Shown one piece after another: positions 29,040 through 39,024 of a DNA stretch of 64,000 nt (the stretch's first letter is position 1; every line of letters starts with the position of its first letter). The stretch comes from Desulfobacterales bacterium. GTDB taxonomy: Bacteria; Desulfobacterota; Desulfobacteria; Desulfobacterales; UBA5852. The position numbers were made by a program, and so were the translations under genes. Under the pieces are notes generated by a model. That model did no database searches. It saw only the letters and a list, made by a program, of their open reading frames with translations, and was not told where the DNA came from. Location of the stretch: positions 768,001-832,000 of the forward strand of contig CAXXVS010000001.1 in assembly GCA_963674755.2 (NCBI GenBank), read 5' to 3'.

Positions 29040-29711
29040 ATGCTTACCGCCGTCGATCATACGCCTGATTGGAATCCGCGTACCGGCCAGCGCCCCGCGC
29101 TGGGGGCAACACCCTGCATCCACCCCACGGCCACGGTGCGTGACAGCCGGATCGGCGCCTGGACCGAAATCGGCGCCTACACCACGCTGCTCGAATCGGA
29201 GGTCGGCGACTACAGCTATCTGGCCGGATGCCACAGCCAGGTGTGGTGCACCGCGATCGGCAAATTCACCTCCATCGCAGCCGCCGTGCGCATCAATCCG
29301 CCCAACCATCCCATGCAGCGGGTCACCCAGCACCACTGCACCTACCGCCGTCGCCAGTATGGGTTTGACAGCGCCGACGATGAGGCTGTCTTTGCCTGGC
29401 GCCGGTCCCGGAAGGTCGTCATCGGGCACGATGTCTGGATCGGACACGGCGCCGTGATTCTGCCCGGGGTTACGGTGGGCACCGGCGCCGTGGTGGGGGC
29501 CGGGGCCGTAGTGAGCAAGGCCGTGGCGCCTTATGATATCGTGGCCGGTGTCCCGGCCCGCCGGCTGCGGGCGCGGTTCGCGCCCCATGTGATCGAGACC
29601 CTGCTGGCCATCGCCTGGTGGGACTGGGATCAGGAAACCCTCTGCCGCCGGTTCAAAGATCTGCTGGATATCGAGCAATTCGTGGCCCGCTATGCCGATT
29701 GCGCCAACTGA
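29040..29711 (+). CDS. Phosphonate-associated hexapeptide-repeat acetyltransferase
   Basis: IGKFTSIA, INPPNHPMQR..HHCTYR, IGHDVWIGHGA and IAWWDW motifs; adjacent to phn genes. Confidence 0.85.
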   Translation: MLTAVDHTPDWNPRTGQRPALGATPCIHPTATVRDSRIGAWTEIGAYTTLLESEVGDYSYLAGCHSQVWCTAIGKFTSIAAAVRINPPNHPMQRVTQHHCTYRRRQYGFDSADDEAVFAWRRSRKVVIGHDVWIGHGAVILPGVTVGTGAVVGAGAVVSKAVAPYDIVAGVPARRLRARFAPHVIETLLAIAWWDWDQETLCRRFKDLLDIEQFVARYADCAN

Positions 29712-30570
29712 TCCCAACCGTTCGCCGGCGCAGCACGCCTCCCGCGAAGATACCATTGCGCTCCGCCGGATTCATACGGTGGCCCGGGAAGCGGCCCGGG
29801 CGGCCGGAAAGGTGTTGATGGCGGCCTTCGGCCGGCCCCAGGCCGTGGACAAGCGGTCGGCCCACGATCTCAAACTGGCCGCCGACCGCCGCAGCGAGGC
29901 GGCCGCCCTGACGATTCTGCAGGCGCACTTCCCGGATCATGAAATCGTTTCCGAAGAAAAAGGCCTGCTGAACCCCGGCAGCGAATTTCGCTGGTATCTG
30001 GATCCGTTGGACGGTACGGTCAACTACTTCATGGGGCAGGCCTATTTTTGCACCTGCCTGGCCTGCTACCACTCCCCGCCGGAGGCCGGCACCGCCAATG
30101 CCAATCCGTTGGGACAGCCGCTGACAGGCGTTGTCTACGCGCCGGCCCTGGACAGGCTCTTCGAAGCGGTACCCGGCGGACCGGCCCTGTGCAACGGCCG
30201 CCTCGTGCGGCCCGGACCGGAGAAACGCCTTTCCGAGGCGGTCATCGGCTTCAGCTATGGCAGCGATCCGGACACCATGCAGCGCATGCAGAGGGTCGCC
30301 CAGGCGCTCGTGCCGCGGGCCCGCAAAGTGCGCATCTTCGGTGCCACCGGCCTCGATCTGGCCCATGTGGCCTGCGGGGGGTTGTCCGGACTGGTGCAGG
30401 GAAACGTCAAGGCATGGGATTTTGCCGCGGCCAAAGTGATCATCGAGGCCGCGGGCGGGTATTGCCGGGCCGATCCATTGGACAACGGCGGCGGCTGGCG
30501 GATTACGGCGGCGGCACCGGGTATCGCGTTGCCGCTTTGTCAGTTAGTGGAGCGCCTGACGGACCGTTGA
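29692..30570 (+). CDS. Inositol monophosphatase family protein
   Basis: VSEE, LDPLDGTVNY and AWDFAAA motifs. The exact start is uncertain. Confidence 0.88.
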   Translation: MPIAPTDPNRSPAQHASREDTIALRRIHTVAREAARAAGKVLMAAFGRPQAVDKRSAHDLKLAADRRSEAAALTILQAHFPDHEIVSEEKGLLNPGSEFRWYLDPLDGTVNYFMGQAYFCTCLACYHSPPEAGTANANPLGQPLTGVVYAPALDRLFEAVPGGPALCNGRLVRPGPEKRLSEAVIGFSYGSDPDTMQRMQRVAQALVPRARKVRIFGATGLDLAHVACGGLSGLVQGNVKAWDFAAAKVIIEAAGGYCRADPLDNGGGWRITAAAPGIALPLCQLVERLTDR

Positions 30571-30713
30571 AAAAGGGCACCTCCGGCCGGAAGGCCGTCC
30601 GTCCTCGCGAAACGGCGGTAACCCTATGGCTGCGGCGTATGGCGCTTCGGCCCTGCCTTCCGTCCCGATGCTTGTTCCTCCAAGGCCTGCTCGAGGTGGC
30701 CTGATCCGAAAGA

Positions 30714-31952
30714 TCACTTTGCTTCCCGCCGTCTTCCGGAATATGCCGGGCCGTTGCCCGGGAGACCTTTGTCGCTAACCGATGGCATGCGCTGGCCGGA
30801 CCGGTAGACGCAACGCCCCCCTACCCAGGTCTGGACCACGCGTTTCCAGGCGCCCGATGTTTCGACCACCACCAGGTCGGCCGGCTCGCCGGGCGTCAGG
30901 CCGCCGCTGGTGACACCGTCCCGGAGAAAGGCCGCCGGTCCCGCGGACACCAAACGTAACGCTTTCTCGATGCTCACAGACAGCGTATCATGGGCCATAA
31001 AGGGCGTTTGCACCAGGCACTCGGGATAGTAGTCGCTGATCAAGCCGTTGCAAAGGCCCCGGTTCACGGCTTCAGCGGCCTTCAAATGTCCATTGGTAGA
31101 AGCGCCCCGCACCAGGTTGGGGGCGCCCATGAAGACCTGCATCCCGGCCTCGCGGGCGGCCGCCGCCGCATCCAGGGCAATCGGGAATTCGCAGCCACCG
31201 GCATGCAGACGCCGCACCAGGTCCACCTTGCCCGGCGTGTCGTCGTCATGGCTCAATATCGGAAGGCCGGCGCCCCGGGCCTTGGCCGCCAGGCGGGTGG
31301 CCTGCTCCCAGGCCCGGTTGCGGTCGGTCTTCTTGCGGTCCACCATGGAAATGACCTCGGCTTCGGCCACCTGGTAGTTGCGGGTGTAAAAGTCGAGAAA
31401 GGATTGCAGCGTTTTAAACTGGCCCTGGCCCGGGGTGTGATCCATGAAGGAGAGCAGGTCCACCTGACCGGCCGCGATCAGGCGATGGATGATTTGTGCG
31501 CTGCGCTCGGACCCGATCTCATAGCGGGCATGAATGCGATGGCGCACGGCGCAGCGCCCGCTGCCGTCGTGCTGGTGAATGCGGGCCACCAGTTTTTCGG
31601 CTTCCTCGGGAGCCCGCAACCCCAGTTCGTTGTCGGCGAAACACAGGGCATGGCAGAAGGTGGTGATGCCGCAGGCGGCCACTCGCTGATCCAGATTCTG
31701 GAAAGCGAAATCGGTCTCGAAGAGCACTCCGGGACGCATCTCGAGGCATTTTTCCATGGCATCGCAGTGCAGATCCACCAGGCCCGGCATGATCAGACGG
31801 TCGCCCACGTCGATGACCGGCGAAGCACGCGAAGGAACGTGTCCGGTCTTCACGGCGGCAATCCTGTCGCCGTCGATCAGTACGGAGGCGTCGGTTACGA
31901 GACGGCGCCCGTCGAAGACAAGGCCGGCCTTCAGGCAGATCGTCGGGGTCAT
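30714..31952 (-). CDS. phnM: Alpha-D-ribose 1-methylphosphonate 5-triphosphate diphosphatase (copy 1)
   Basis: PGLVDLHCD, SFMDHTPGQGQF, SHDDDT, MGAPNLVRG and SDYYP motifs. Confidence 0.93.
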   Translation of the reverse strand: MTPTICLKAGLVFDGRRLVTDASVLIDGDRIAAVKTGHVPSRASPVIDVGDRLIMPGLVDLHCDAMEKCLEMRPGVLFETDFAFQNLDQRVAACGITTFCHALCFADNELGLRAPEEAEKLVARIHQHDGSGRCAVRHRIHARYEIGSERSAQIIHRLIAAGQVDLLSFMDHTPGQGQFKTLQSFLDFYTRNYQVAEAEVISMVDRKKTDRNRAWEQATRLAAKARGAGLPILSHDDDTPGKVDLVRRLHAGGCEFPIALDAAAAAREAGMQVFMGAPNLVRGASTNGHLKAAEAVNRGLCNGLISDYYPECLVQTPFMAHDTLSVSIEKALRLVSAGPAAFLRDGVTSGGLTPGEPADLVVVETSGAWKRVVQTWVGGRCVYRSGQRMPSVSDKGLPGNGPAYSGRRREAK

Positions 31953-32107
31953 GGGGTACGGCCCTCGCTGTTGCGGATGTCTTCCAAATTGTTGCGTATC
32001 GCTGCCGACAGCAGGTCGGCATCGGGAAGCGTTGGGACGGTTCCGCGCAGTCCCACCATCAGGGGTAGAAGAAAACCGCTGAACACCACTAAACGGAGTG
32101 TGGACAT
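31949..32107 (-). CDS. 52-aa ORF between phnL and phnM (possible phnE 3' remnant)
   Basis: MSTLRLVVFSGFLLPLMVGLRGTVPTLPDADLLSAAIRNNLEDIRNSEGRTP*; the stop overlaps the phnM ATG (ATGA). Confidence 0.3.
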   Translation of the reverse strand: MSTLRLVVFSGFLLPLMVGLRGTVPTLPDADLLSAAIRNNLEDIRNSEGRTP

Positions 32108-32132
32108 GGAAACAACTTTCTATGGAGGGGCA

Positions 32133-32876
32133 CTATTCAGCCTGTGATGCAGATCGCACTTCGCTCCGTGAGGATTGCTCGGCCGCTTCCGGGGTCATCG
32201 CCAGGTCGATGGTGCGCCCGGTGGTCGCCCGGCGGTCACCGGCATCATGGAAAATGGACAGAATGGCCGCTCCCTGCTGCCGGGCGGCGGAAATCAGGTC
32301 CAGCACGGTCCGCCGGTTGACCGGATCGAGGGAGGCGGTGGGCTCGTCCAGCAGCATGAGCGGATAAAAGGCGGCAAAGCCCCGGGCAATATTGATACGC
32401 TGCTGCTCGCCGCCCGAAAAGGTCGTGGGGGACAACGACCACAGGCGCTCGGGAATCCGCAGCTGATCCAGAAGACTTTCCGCCCGCCGGCGCGCTTCGG
32501 CCGGGCCGGTTCCGCGCCGGCACAACGGCTCCATGACGATATCCAGGGCCGGCACCCGGGGAATCACCCGCAGGAATTGACTCACATAGCCCACGGTCCA
32601 GCGCCGCAGGTCGAGGATCACGTCGCTGGAGGCTTCGGCCAGGTTGACCACCCCATCGCGGTGGCGCACCCGGATCGCACCGGCACCGATGCGGTAGTTG
32701 CCGTAGACCAGGCGCAGCAGGGAACTTTTGCCGGCTCCCGACGGCCCGCACACAGCCGCACTCTCGCCCGGACAGAGCTCCAGGTTCAGCGCGTCGAAAA
32801 CCGGGATACGGATGCCGCCCTGGGTGTGCAGGCGAAAATGTTTGGCGAGCTCTTCGACTTTCAGGATCCAGTCCAT
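32133..32876 (-). CDS. phnL: C-P lyase system ATPase PhnL
   Basis: FRLHTQGG, GPSGAGKS, YVSQFLRVIPRV and PTTFSGGEQQRINIARG motifs. Confidence 0.95.
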   Translation of the reverse strand: MDWILKVEELAKHFRLHTQGGIRIPVFDALNLELCPGESAAVCGPSGAGKSSLLRLVYGNYRIGAGAIRVRHRDGVVNLAEASSDVILDLRRWTVGYVSQFLRVIPRVPALDIVMEPLCRRGTGPAEARRRAESLLDQLRIPERLWSLSPTTFSGGEQQRINIARGFAAFYPLMLLDEPTASLDPVNRRTVLDLISAARQQGAAILSIFHDAGDRRATTGRTIDLAMTPEAAEQSSRSEVRSASQAE

Positions 32877-32897
32877 GTTTTTCTTTCTATTTGGACT

Positions 32898-33677
32898 TCA
32901 GTTGCGCAGGATCGAAGACACCAGCAACTGGGTGTAGGGATGCTGGGGATCATCCAGGACCTGGTCGGTCAGGCCCGTCTCGATCACGCGCCCCCGCTGC
33001 ATCACCATCATGCGGTGGGCCAGAAGCCGCGCCACACCCAGGTCGTGGGTCACGAAAATGAGCGACAGGGACAGTTCGCCCACCAGGCGCCGCAGGACAT
33101 CCAACAGGCGGGCCTGCACCGATACGTCCAGGCCGCTGGTGGGCTCGTCCATAAAGACCAGCCGCGGGCGCGTGACCAGGCTGCGGGCCACCTGGAGGCG
33201 CTGCTGCATGCCGCCCGAGAAGGTTTGGGGCAGGTCGTCCATGCGGGCGGCATCGATTTCCACCCGTTCGATCCACCGCAGGGCGGCCTCCCGGATGCGC
33301 CCGTAGTGGCGCCAGCCGTTGGCCATCAGCCGCTCGCCGATATTGCCGCCGGCGCTGATGTTCAGCCGCAGGCCGTCCCGGGGGTTCTGATGCACGATAC
33401 CCATTTCGGAGCGCAGGATCAGCCGCCGGCGCACCTCACTGCAGCGGCATAGATCCACCGGCCCCTCGCTGCTGTCGAACACCACCCGGCCGCTGCTGGG
33501 CGATGTCAGACCGGCCACGCATCCCAGGAGGGTGCTCTTGCCCGAGCCGGACTCGCCCACCACGGCCAGGACTTCCCCGGGGTTCAGATCGAAGGCCACC
33601 TCCCGGCAGCCGACATAACGGCCGTAATATTTGGACAGATTGCGGACCGCCAGCAGCGGCGCAGCATCCCGGGTCAT
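32898..33677 (-). CDS. phnK: C-P lyase system ATPase PhnK
   Basis: GESGSGKS, HQNPRDGL, RHYGRIR and GLTDQVLDDPQHPYTQLLVSS motifs; ATG overlaps the phnJ stop. Confidence 0.95.
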   Translation of the reverse strand: MTRDAAPLLAVRNLSKYYGRYVGCREVAFDLNPGEVLAVVGESGSGKSTLLGCVAGLTSPSSGRVVFDSSEGPVDLCRCSEVRRRLILRSEMGIVHQNPRDGLRLNISAGGNIGERLMANGWRHYGRIREAALRWIERVEIDAARMDDLPQTFSGGMQQRLQVARSLVTRPRLVFMDEPTSGLDVSVQARLLDVLRRLVGELSLSLIFVTHDLGVARLLAHRMMVMQRGRVIETGLTDQVLDDPQHPYTQLLVSSILRN

Positions 33678-34579
33678 CCGCAACACCTCCTGTGATCGGC
33701 CGCCGGCGCCGCATCCCGGGCTTGCCGACGGCGCGCGCAGTGATCCGTGTCCGAACAGATGAACATGCGGCCGCCCTTGTCGTCGACGATGACTTCATCC
33801 AGAAAACTGTCCCGGCTGCCGCACAGTTCGCAGGCGTGCTCCCAGGTCTCGACCTGGAAGGGATGATCCTCGAAATCCAGCGATCGTACCGGCGTATAAG
33901 GGGGCACGGCATAAATGCGCTTTTCACGTCCGGCACCGAAAAGCTGCAAGGCCGGCAGCCGATCCATTTTGGGGTTGTCGAATTTGGGGATCGGTGAAGG
34001 GCTCATGATATAGCGGCCGGCGACGTTGACCGGGTAGTCGAACCCGGTGGCAATGCGCCCGTGGCGGGCCAGGTCCTCGTAGAGTTTGACGTACATGGCC
34101 CCGTACTCCTCGAGGGCATGCATTTTGCGCGCTTCCCCGCGGTTGGGTTCGATGAACTGGAGCGGTTCGGGAATCGGCACCTGGAAGACGATGATCTGGT
34201 CTTTCCGCAGCGTCGTTTCCGGGATCCGGTGGCGGGTCTGGATCAGGGTGGCCTCCGCGGTGTGCGTGGTGGTGGCGACCCCGGCCGTGCGCTGGAAGAA
34301 GCGGCGGATGCTCACGGCATTGGTGGTGTCGTCGGCCCCCTGGTCGATCACCTTGAGGACGTCCCGGGGGCCGATGAGGGCGGCGGTTACCTGAATCCCC
34401 CCCGTGCCCCAGCCGTAGGGCAGGGGCATCTCGCGGCTGCCGAAGGGCACCTGATGCCCGGGAATGGCCACGGCCTTGAGGATGGCGCGGCGCACCATGC
34501 GTTTGGTCTGCTCGTCGAGATAGGCGAAGTTATAGGGGCTGTCCTGCCCGGCGGCCGTGGAAGAAGATGATGACGTCAC
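33674..34579 (-). CDS. phnJ: C-P lyase PhnJ (radical SAM)
   Basis: YNFAYLDEQTKR, PYGWGTGG and CELCG...CSDTDHC motifs. Confidence 0.97.
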   Translation of the reverse strand: MTSSSSSTAAGQDSPYNFAYLDEQTKRMVRRAILKAVAIPGHQVPFGSREMPLPYGWGTGGIQVTAALIGPRDVLKVIDQGADDTTNAVSIRRFFQRTAGVATTTHTAEATLIQTRHRIPETTLRKDQIIVFQVPIPEPLQFIEPNRGEARKMHALEEYGAMYVKLYEDLARHGRIATGFDYPVNVAGRYIMSPSPIPKFDNPKMDRLPALQLFGAGREKRIYAVPPYTPVRSLDFEDHPFQVETWEHACELCGSRDSFLDEVIVDDKGGRMFICSDTDHCARRRQARDAAPAADHRRCCG

Positions 34580-35706
34580 GTGGATTGCCCTTTTTTACCG
34601 GTGGTCAGGGCCTCTTTGGCCAGTTTGTCGGCGTAGTCGGCCTGCAGGCGCCGCAGCAGCACCAGCTCGGACTGGAAATCGACGTAGTGGGGCAGCTTGA
34701 GGTGCTGAACAAAGCCCGAAGCCTCCACATTGTCGCTGTGGAAGAGAACGAACTCTTCGTGCTGGGCCGGATGGGCCGGCGTTTCCCCCATCTCGCGCCA
34801 GCGCAGGGCGCGGTCCACCAGGGCCATGGCCATGGCCTTGCGTTCGCAATGGCCGAAGGTCAGCCCGTAGCCCTGGATGAAGCGGGGGGCGCGTTCCGGG
34901 GAGCCGTTGAAACGGTTGAGCATGACGCACTCGGTGACGCCGATCACGCCGATCTCGATCTCGAAATCGAGTTCCGGCGGTGCCATGACCACGGCCACCT
35001 CTCCCATACGGATTTCCCCTAGGAAGGGATGATGGGCGGCGCCAAACCCCCGTTGCAGGGAATAGGCCATGGCCAGCAGAAACCCTTCATCGCCCCGGGC
35101 CAGGTTTTGCAGGCGCATGTTCCGCGCGGCCGGCACCTGCAAGGGCTGGCGGGTCAGGTCACCGGTCGCGCTCGGACCGCCGGCCGGGGATTCGGTTTCC
35201 ACCAGGCCGTCGCGGGCCAGGAGATCGGCGATGCGCGGCATGGCCTGGGACCCGCTGTCCATGTGATCGTCTCCGGTGAAGGAGCCCTCGACGGTATCGT
35301 CTGCCATCAGCGCAAAATCCAGCAGGCGGTGGGTGTAATCGTAGGTCGGTCCCAGCACCTGCCCGCCGGGAAGGTCCTTGAAGGTTGCCGAAACACGGCG
35401 GCGGATCGTCATGGTATCGGTCTGAAGCGGTTGGCTGTAACCGAAGCGCGGCAGGGTCGTGCGAAAGGCCCGCAGAAGAAAAATGGCTTCCACCAGATCC
35501 CCCTGGGCCTGCTTGATGGCCAGGGCAGCCAGTTCGCGGTCGTATAGGGATCCCTCGGTCATCACCCGGTCGACGGCCAGCCCCAACTGCTGCTCGATCT
35601 GGCTGACGGAAAGGGCCGCCTGGCTCCGGTCGCCGCGCCTGTCCGCGGCGAGAAGCTGATGGGCGTTGTCGATGGCGCGCTCGCCGCCTTTGACAGCAAC
35701 ATACAT
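34576..35706 (-). CDS. phnI: C-P lyase complex subunit PhnI
   Basis: MYVAVKGGE and HSDNVEASGFVQHLKLPHYVDFQ motifs. Confidence 0.97.
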   Translation of the reverse strand: MYVAVKGGERAIDNAHQLLAADRRGDRSQAALSVSQIEQQLGLAVDRVMTEGSLYDRELAALAIKQAQGDLVEAIFLLRAFRTTLPRFGYSQPLQTDTMTIRRRVSATFKDLPGGQVLGPTYDYTHRLLDFALMADDTVEGSFTGDDHMDSGSQAMPRIADLLARDGLVETESPAGGPSATGDLTRQPLQVPAARNMRLQNLARGDEGFLLAMAYSLQRGFGAAHHPFLGEIRMGEVAVVMAPPELDFEIEIGVIGVTECVMLNRFNGSPERAPRFIQGYGLTFGHCERKAMAMALVDRALRWREMGETPAHPAQHEEFVLFHSDNVEASGFVQHLKLPHYVDFQSELVLLRRLQADYADKLAKEALTTGKKGQST

Positions 35707-35709
35707 GGC

Positions 35710-36312
35710 TCAGACGTCCACCCGGGTTGAGCGGGGCAGGGCTGCCAGCCGTGCTCCGCAGACAAAGATAAACTCCAGTCCCAAAGGAAAGGCCTTGCCA
35801 AGCAGGCGGCGCTGGTCCCAAAAGCCGGGGGGCAGCCCCACGGCCTCCAGGCGGCGGTCGTCCTGTAGACCGGGGCCACTTAGCCTGCATGGGCCGCCGG
35901 CGGATAGGGCTTCGACCTGGAGGATCAAGGTGGCGGCCGTCTCCGGGGCTTCGTCGGTGCCCGGGCGGAAGGCCTCCAGCGCCGGCAGCCGGACGGCCTC
36001 GGTCGCCAGAGCAAAGTGCGCCCGGCCGGCATCTTCGGCAAGAGGACAGCCGCAGTGAAACCGCAGCCAGGGCCGAACCGGCGAGGCATTGTCCAGGTCG
36101 GTCCAGAGGGGCGTGTCGCTGTCCAGCAAGGTCAGACAGACGGCGGCCGCGGCCGGACCCAGGCCCGGCGGCGGCGTATCGATTACGGGCGGCACACGGA
36201 ATATCCGCCCGGGATAGCTCATGCCGTTCAACAGCACGCGGAAAACCGCTTGGGCGTCTAAGGTCGGGTTCTGAAAACCCGGCAATAGGTGTTGGCTGGC
36301 AGCGGGTATCAT
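35710..36312 (-). CDS. phnH: C-P lyase subunit PhnH
   Basis: AQAVFR...MSYPG, LTLLD, WLRFHCG, FPLG and ALPRST motifs. Confidence 0.95.
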   Translation of the reverse strand: MIPAASQHLLPGFQNPTLDAQAVFRVLLNGMSYPGRIFRVPPVIDTPPPGLGPAAAAVCLTLLDSDTPLWTDLDNASPVRPWLRFHCGCPLAEDAGRAHFALATEAVRLPALEAFRPGTDEAPETAATLILQVEALSAGGPCRLSGPGLQDDRRLEAVGLPPGFWDQRRLLGKAFPLGLEFIFVCGARLAALPRSTRVDV

Positions 36313-36318
36313 CTCGGC

Positions 36319-36768
36319 TCAGTCTCCCCGTGCCATGGTGAAAAATTCCACTTTGGTGGCCGCGGTTTTCCGGGCCTGTTCGGCGGCGCGGGTGCGCAGG
36401 ATGGCGGCCAGCGGCCGAACCACGGTGGACATGATCCGGGGCTGACGTTCGGGATCGAGCAGCAGGGCATCCAGCAGGGCCGCCAATTCCGCATGGTGCC
36501 GGTCGCGCCCCAGCACATAGGCCGTGCCGGCCGCGCCTTGCGCCACTTGCAAGGTGCAGCGCGTAACGGTGGCCTCCCCCAGGTTGAAAGGCGCCCCCAC
36601 GCCGCCGGTGCGGCCCTGCACCATCACCATGCCGATCTCCGGTCCGCGAACCAGACGATAGTCCGGAAAGGGCGTCAGGCGTCGGCAGGCCGCTTCAATG
36701 TCGCTTCGCTTGGAGAGCGCCAGAATCCGCATCCAATCGCGGCGGCTCATTTGTTCGGCAACGCTCAT
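36319..36768 (-). CDS. phnG: C-P lyase subunit PhnG
   Basis: PEIGMVMVQGRTGG..PFNLGEATVTR and ATKVEFFTMARG motifs. Confidence 0.96.
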   Translation of the reverse strand: MSVAEQMSRRDWMRILALSKRSDIEAACRRLTPFPDYRLVRGPEIGMVMVQGRTGGVGAPFNLGEATVTRCTLQVAQGAAGTAYVLGRDRHHAELAALLDALLLDPERQPRIMSTVVRPLAAILRTRAAEQARKTAATKVEFFTMARGD

Positions 36769-36790
36769 TGTCGTCTCAAGTCCTTTAGTT

Positions 36791-37141
36791 TTAATCTAAA
36801 CCCTCCACCTATAGTGGAGGGTCCGGAGAGGTTCGACCGATCCGGGGGCGTTTCTGTAAGCGGATTCTTCATTTTCTTGCACGTGCAAGAAAACGGAAGC
36901 AAAAGAAAACGCCCGTGTCCCGCTTGATCCTGCGCGTCGTCGCGTCGGCCGGAGCACGCGGAAACTCGCCCCGCCTACGCTAAAGCTACGGCGGGACTCA
37001 GACAGTCCGCGCGCTTTAATCCGTCCGCCCCGCCGATGCTCGGCGCGGAACAATGGGAAACCTGAAAACCAAAGACCAAAACTTCATTCTTGAAGCCTCC
37101 TTTTAGGAGACTACCTGATGCCTTCCGCTATGCGGGAGGAG
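36791..37141. repeat. Structured dispersed repeat, family R1
   Basis: Colinear with 23544-23890. Confidence 0.85.
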
Positions 37142-37282
37142 ACTCTCTCTTCGCGGACCGCATGGGGATTTCGATTTCTGCCCATCACGACCATGCGGTG
37201 CCGATTGCTGTGAAGGTCTTTGAATGCGGCCTTTGGCTTAGGCGCCGATGAGGATCAGGTTAGGATTTGATAAGCGGCCGGC

Positions 37283-37630
37283 CATTTTCTTTCACGAGAA
37301 AGAAAATGGAAGCAATCACGCCTCGGCGTGACAGGTTTCAAACGCCTGTGTGCGCGTATCCTGCGCGTCGTCCAACCGGCCGATGACGCGGCGCATCGTG
37401 CCGCCGTGCTGCGTTGTCAGGCTAACTCGGGCGCTCATCCCGCCATCGGCGGGACTGAGCGCCTCGCTTCACCTGACGCCTTGCCCGGCAGCACGATGCT
37501 TGCTTCATTGACCGGTTGAAGCGGCCGTAGCGCGCGGAAACTCGCTTCGCTCAGACAGTCCGCGCGCTTTAATCCGTCCGCCGCGCCGATGCTCGGCGCG
37601 GGACAAAGGGAAACATGAAAGCCAAAAACC
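37283..37630. repeat. Family R1 repeat with a nested 150-bp palindromic insertion (37371-37520)
   Basis: Flanks match 23626-23827. The insert is CAACCGG..ATGA...TCAT..CCGGTTG with an internal GCGTTG/CCTTGC pair. Confidence 0.8.
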
Positions 37631-37830
37631 TTAGCCCCCTTTCAAACATTTCTGCAAAGCTTCCTGAGCATCCACTATTTTCATTAAGATGTTTTTCGTT
37701 ATTTTCCGTCCGCCAGGGCGGAAAATTCTCGCTGGGAAAAGTCTAACCGGATTCTCATCAAATCTTTGCAGCCGTCCGCTTTCTTGTGCGGCGCGGATCA
37801 TTTCACCAACGCCGAGCAAGGAGATACCCC

Positions 37831-39024
37831 ATGACCCAAGCCGCACCCGCCCTGATGTTTCGCGATCGCCGGGCCGCCTGTTTCCAGATCGTCAACAGCA
37901 CCCTGGTAACCCCTGAAAAGGTCATCCCCGAAGGATGTCTTCAGGTGGAGGAGGGGCGCATCGTGCGTTTGCAGGAAGGCCCTTTCAAAGGCGCAGGGCA
38001 GGTTATCGACGCCGCTGGGGCCCTGCTGCTGCCCGGATGGGTGGACATTCACAGCGACGCCAACGAAAAAGCGATTCAGCCGCGGCCGGGCGCCCGGTTT
38101 CCGGTCGCCCTGGCGCTGCAGGAGCTGGACAAGACTTTGGCCGCTTGCGGGGTGACCACCATCTTTCACTGCGTGGCCTTCTCCAACGGACAGAAGGGGC
38201 TGCGGGCCACGCGGGAAGCCCAGGCCTTGATGCAATCGATGGACAAATGCCGGGACCATCTGCTGTGTGCCACCCGCATTCACCTGCGCTACGATGTCAC
38301 CCTCACGGAAGCGCTGCCGATTATGGCGCGCCTGATCGATGACGGTGCTGCGGATCTTTTTTCTTTCATGGACCACACCCCCGGGCAGGGCCAGTTCGCG
38401 ACCTACCAGGCCTTCCAAAACTACCTGGGGCGTCATCACCATTACGCGGAAGACGAAATCCGGGCCGTGGTGGAAAAACGGATGGCCGACCGGCGGGACG
38501 TCAACGAGGACGCCCTGGGCGACCTGGCGCAACTCTGCCGGTCCCGCGGCATCCCCATGGCCTCCCATGACGACGACACGGCGCACAAAGTGGTCCGGAT
38601 GCACGACATGGGGGTGGCCATCTCCGAATTTCCGGTCACCCTGGAGGCGGCCCGGACGGCCAAAGCCTTGGGGATGCAGGTCGCCATGGGGGCGCCCAAC
38701 CTCCTGATGGGCAAGTCCACCAATAACAACCTGACCGCCATGGACGTGGCCGGAGCCGGGCTGCTGGACATCGTCTGCAGTGACTACGCCCCCATGACCC
38801 TGCTGCATGCGGCCCTGACCCTGTCCCGGGCCGGCTTCATGTCGCTGCCCCAGGCTGTGGCCTGCTTCACCTTGAATCCGGCCCGGGCCGCGGGCATCGA
38901 CCACGAGACCGGGTCGCTGACCGAAGGCAAGCGGGCCGACCTGGTCCTCGTCGATCGCGGCGGCCCGGTGCCGCGGGTGCGCCGGACTTTCGTAGGCGGC
39001 CGGCAGGTGTATGCCTGTGGCTGA
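37831..39024 (+). CDS. phnM: Alpha-D-ribose 1-methylphosphonate 5-triphosphate diphosphatase (copy 2)
   Basis: PGWVDIHSD, SFMDHTPGQGQF, SHDDDT, MGAPN and CSDYAP motifs; AAGGAG RBS. Confidence 0.93.
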   Translation: MTQAAPALMFRDRRAACFQIVNSTLVTPEKVIPEGCLQVEEGRIVRLQEGPFKGAGQVIDAAGALLLPGWVDIHSDANEKAIQPRPGARFPVALALQELDKTLAACGVTTIFHCVAFSNGQKGLRATREAQALMQSMDKCRDHLLCATRIHLRYDVTLTEALPIMARLIDDGAADLFSFMDHTPGQGQFATYQAFQNYLGRHHHYAEDEIRAVVEKRMADRRDVNEDALGDLAQLCRSRGIPMASHDDDTAHKVVRMHDMGVAISEFPVTLEAARTAKALGMQVAMGAPNLLMGKSTNNNLTAMDVAGAGLLDIVCSDYAPMTLLHAALTLSRAGFMSLPQAVACFTLNPARAAGIDHETGSLTEGKRADLVLVDRGGPVPRVRRTFVGGRQVYACG

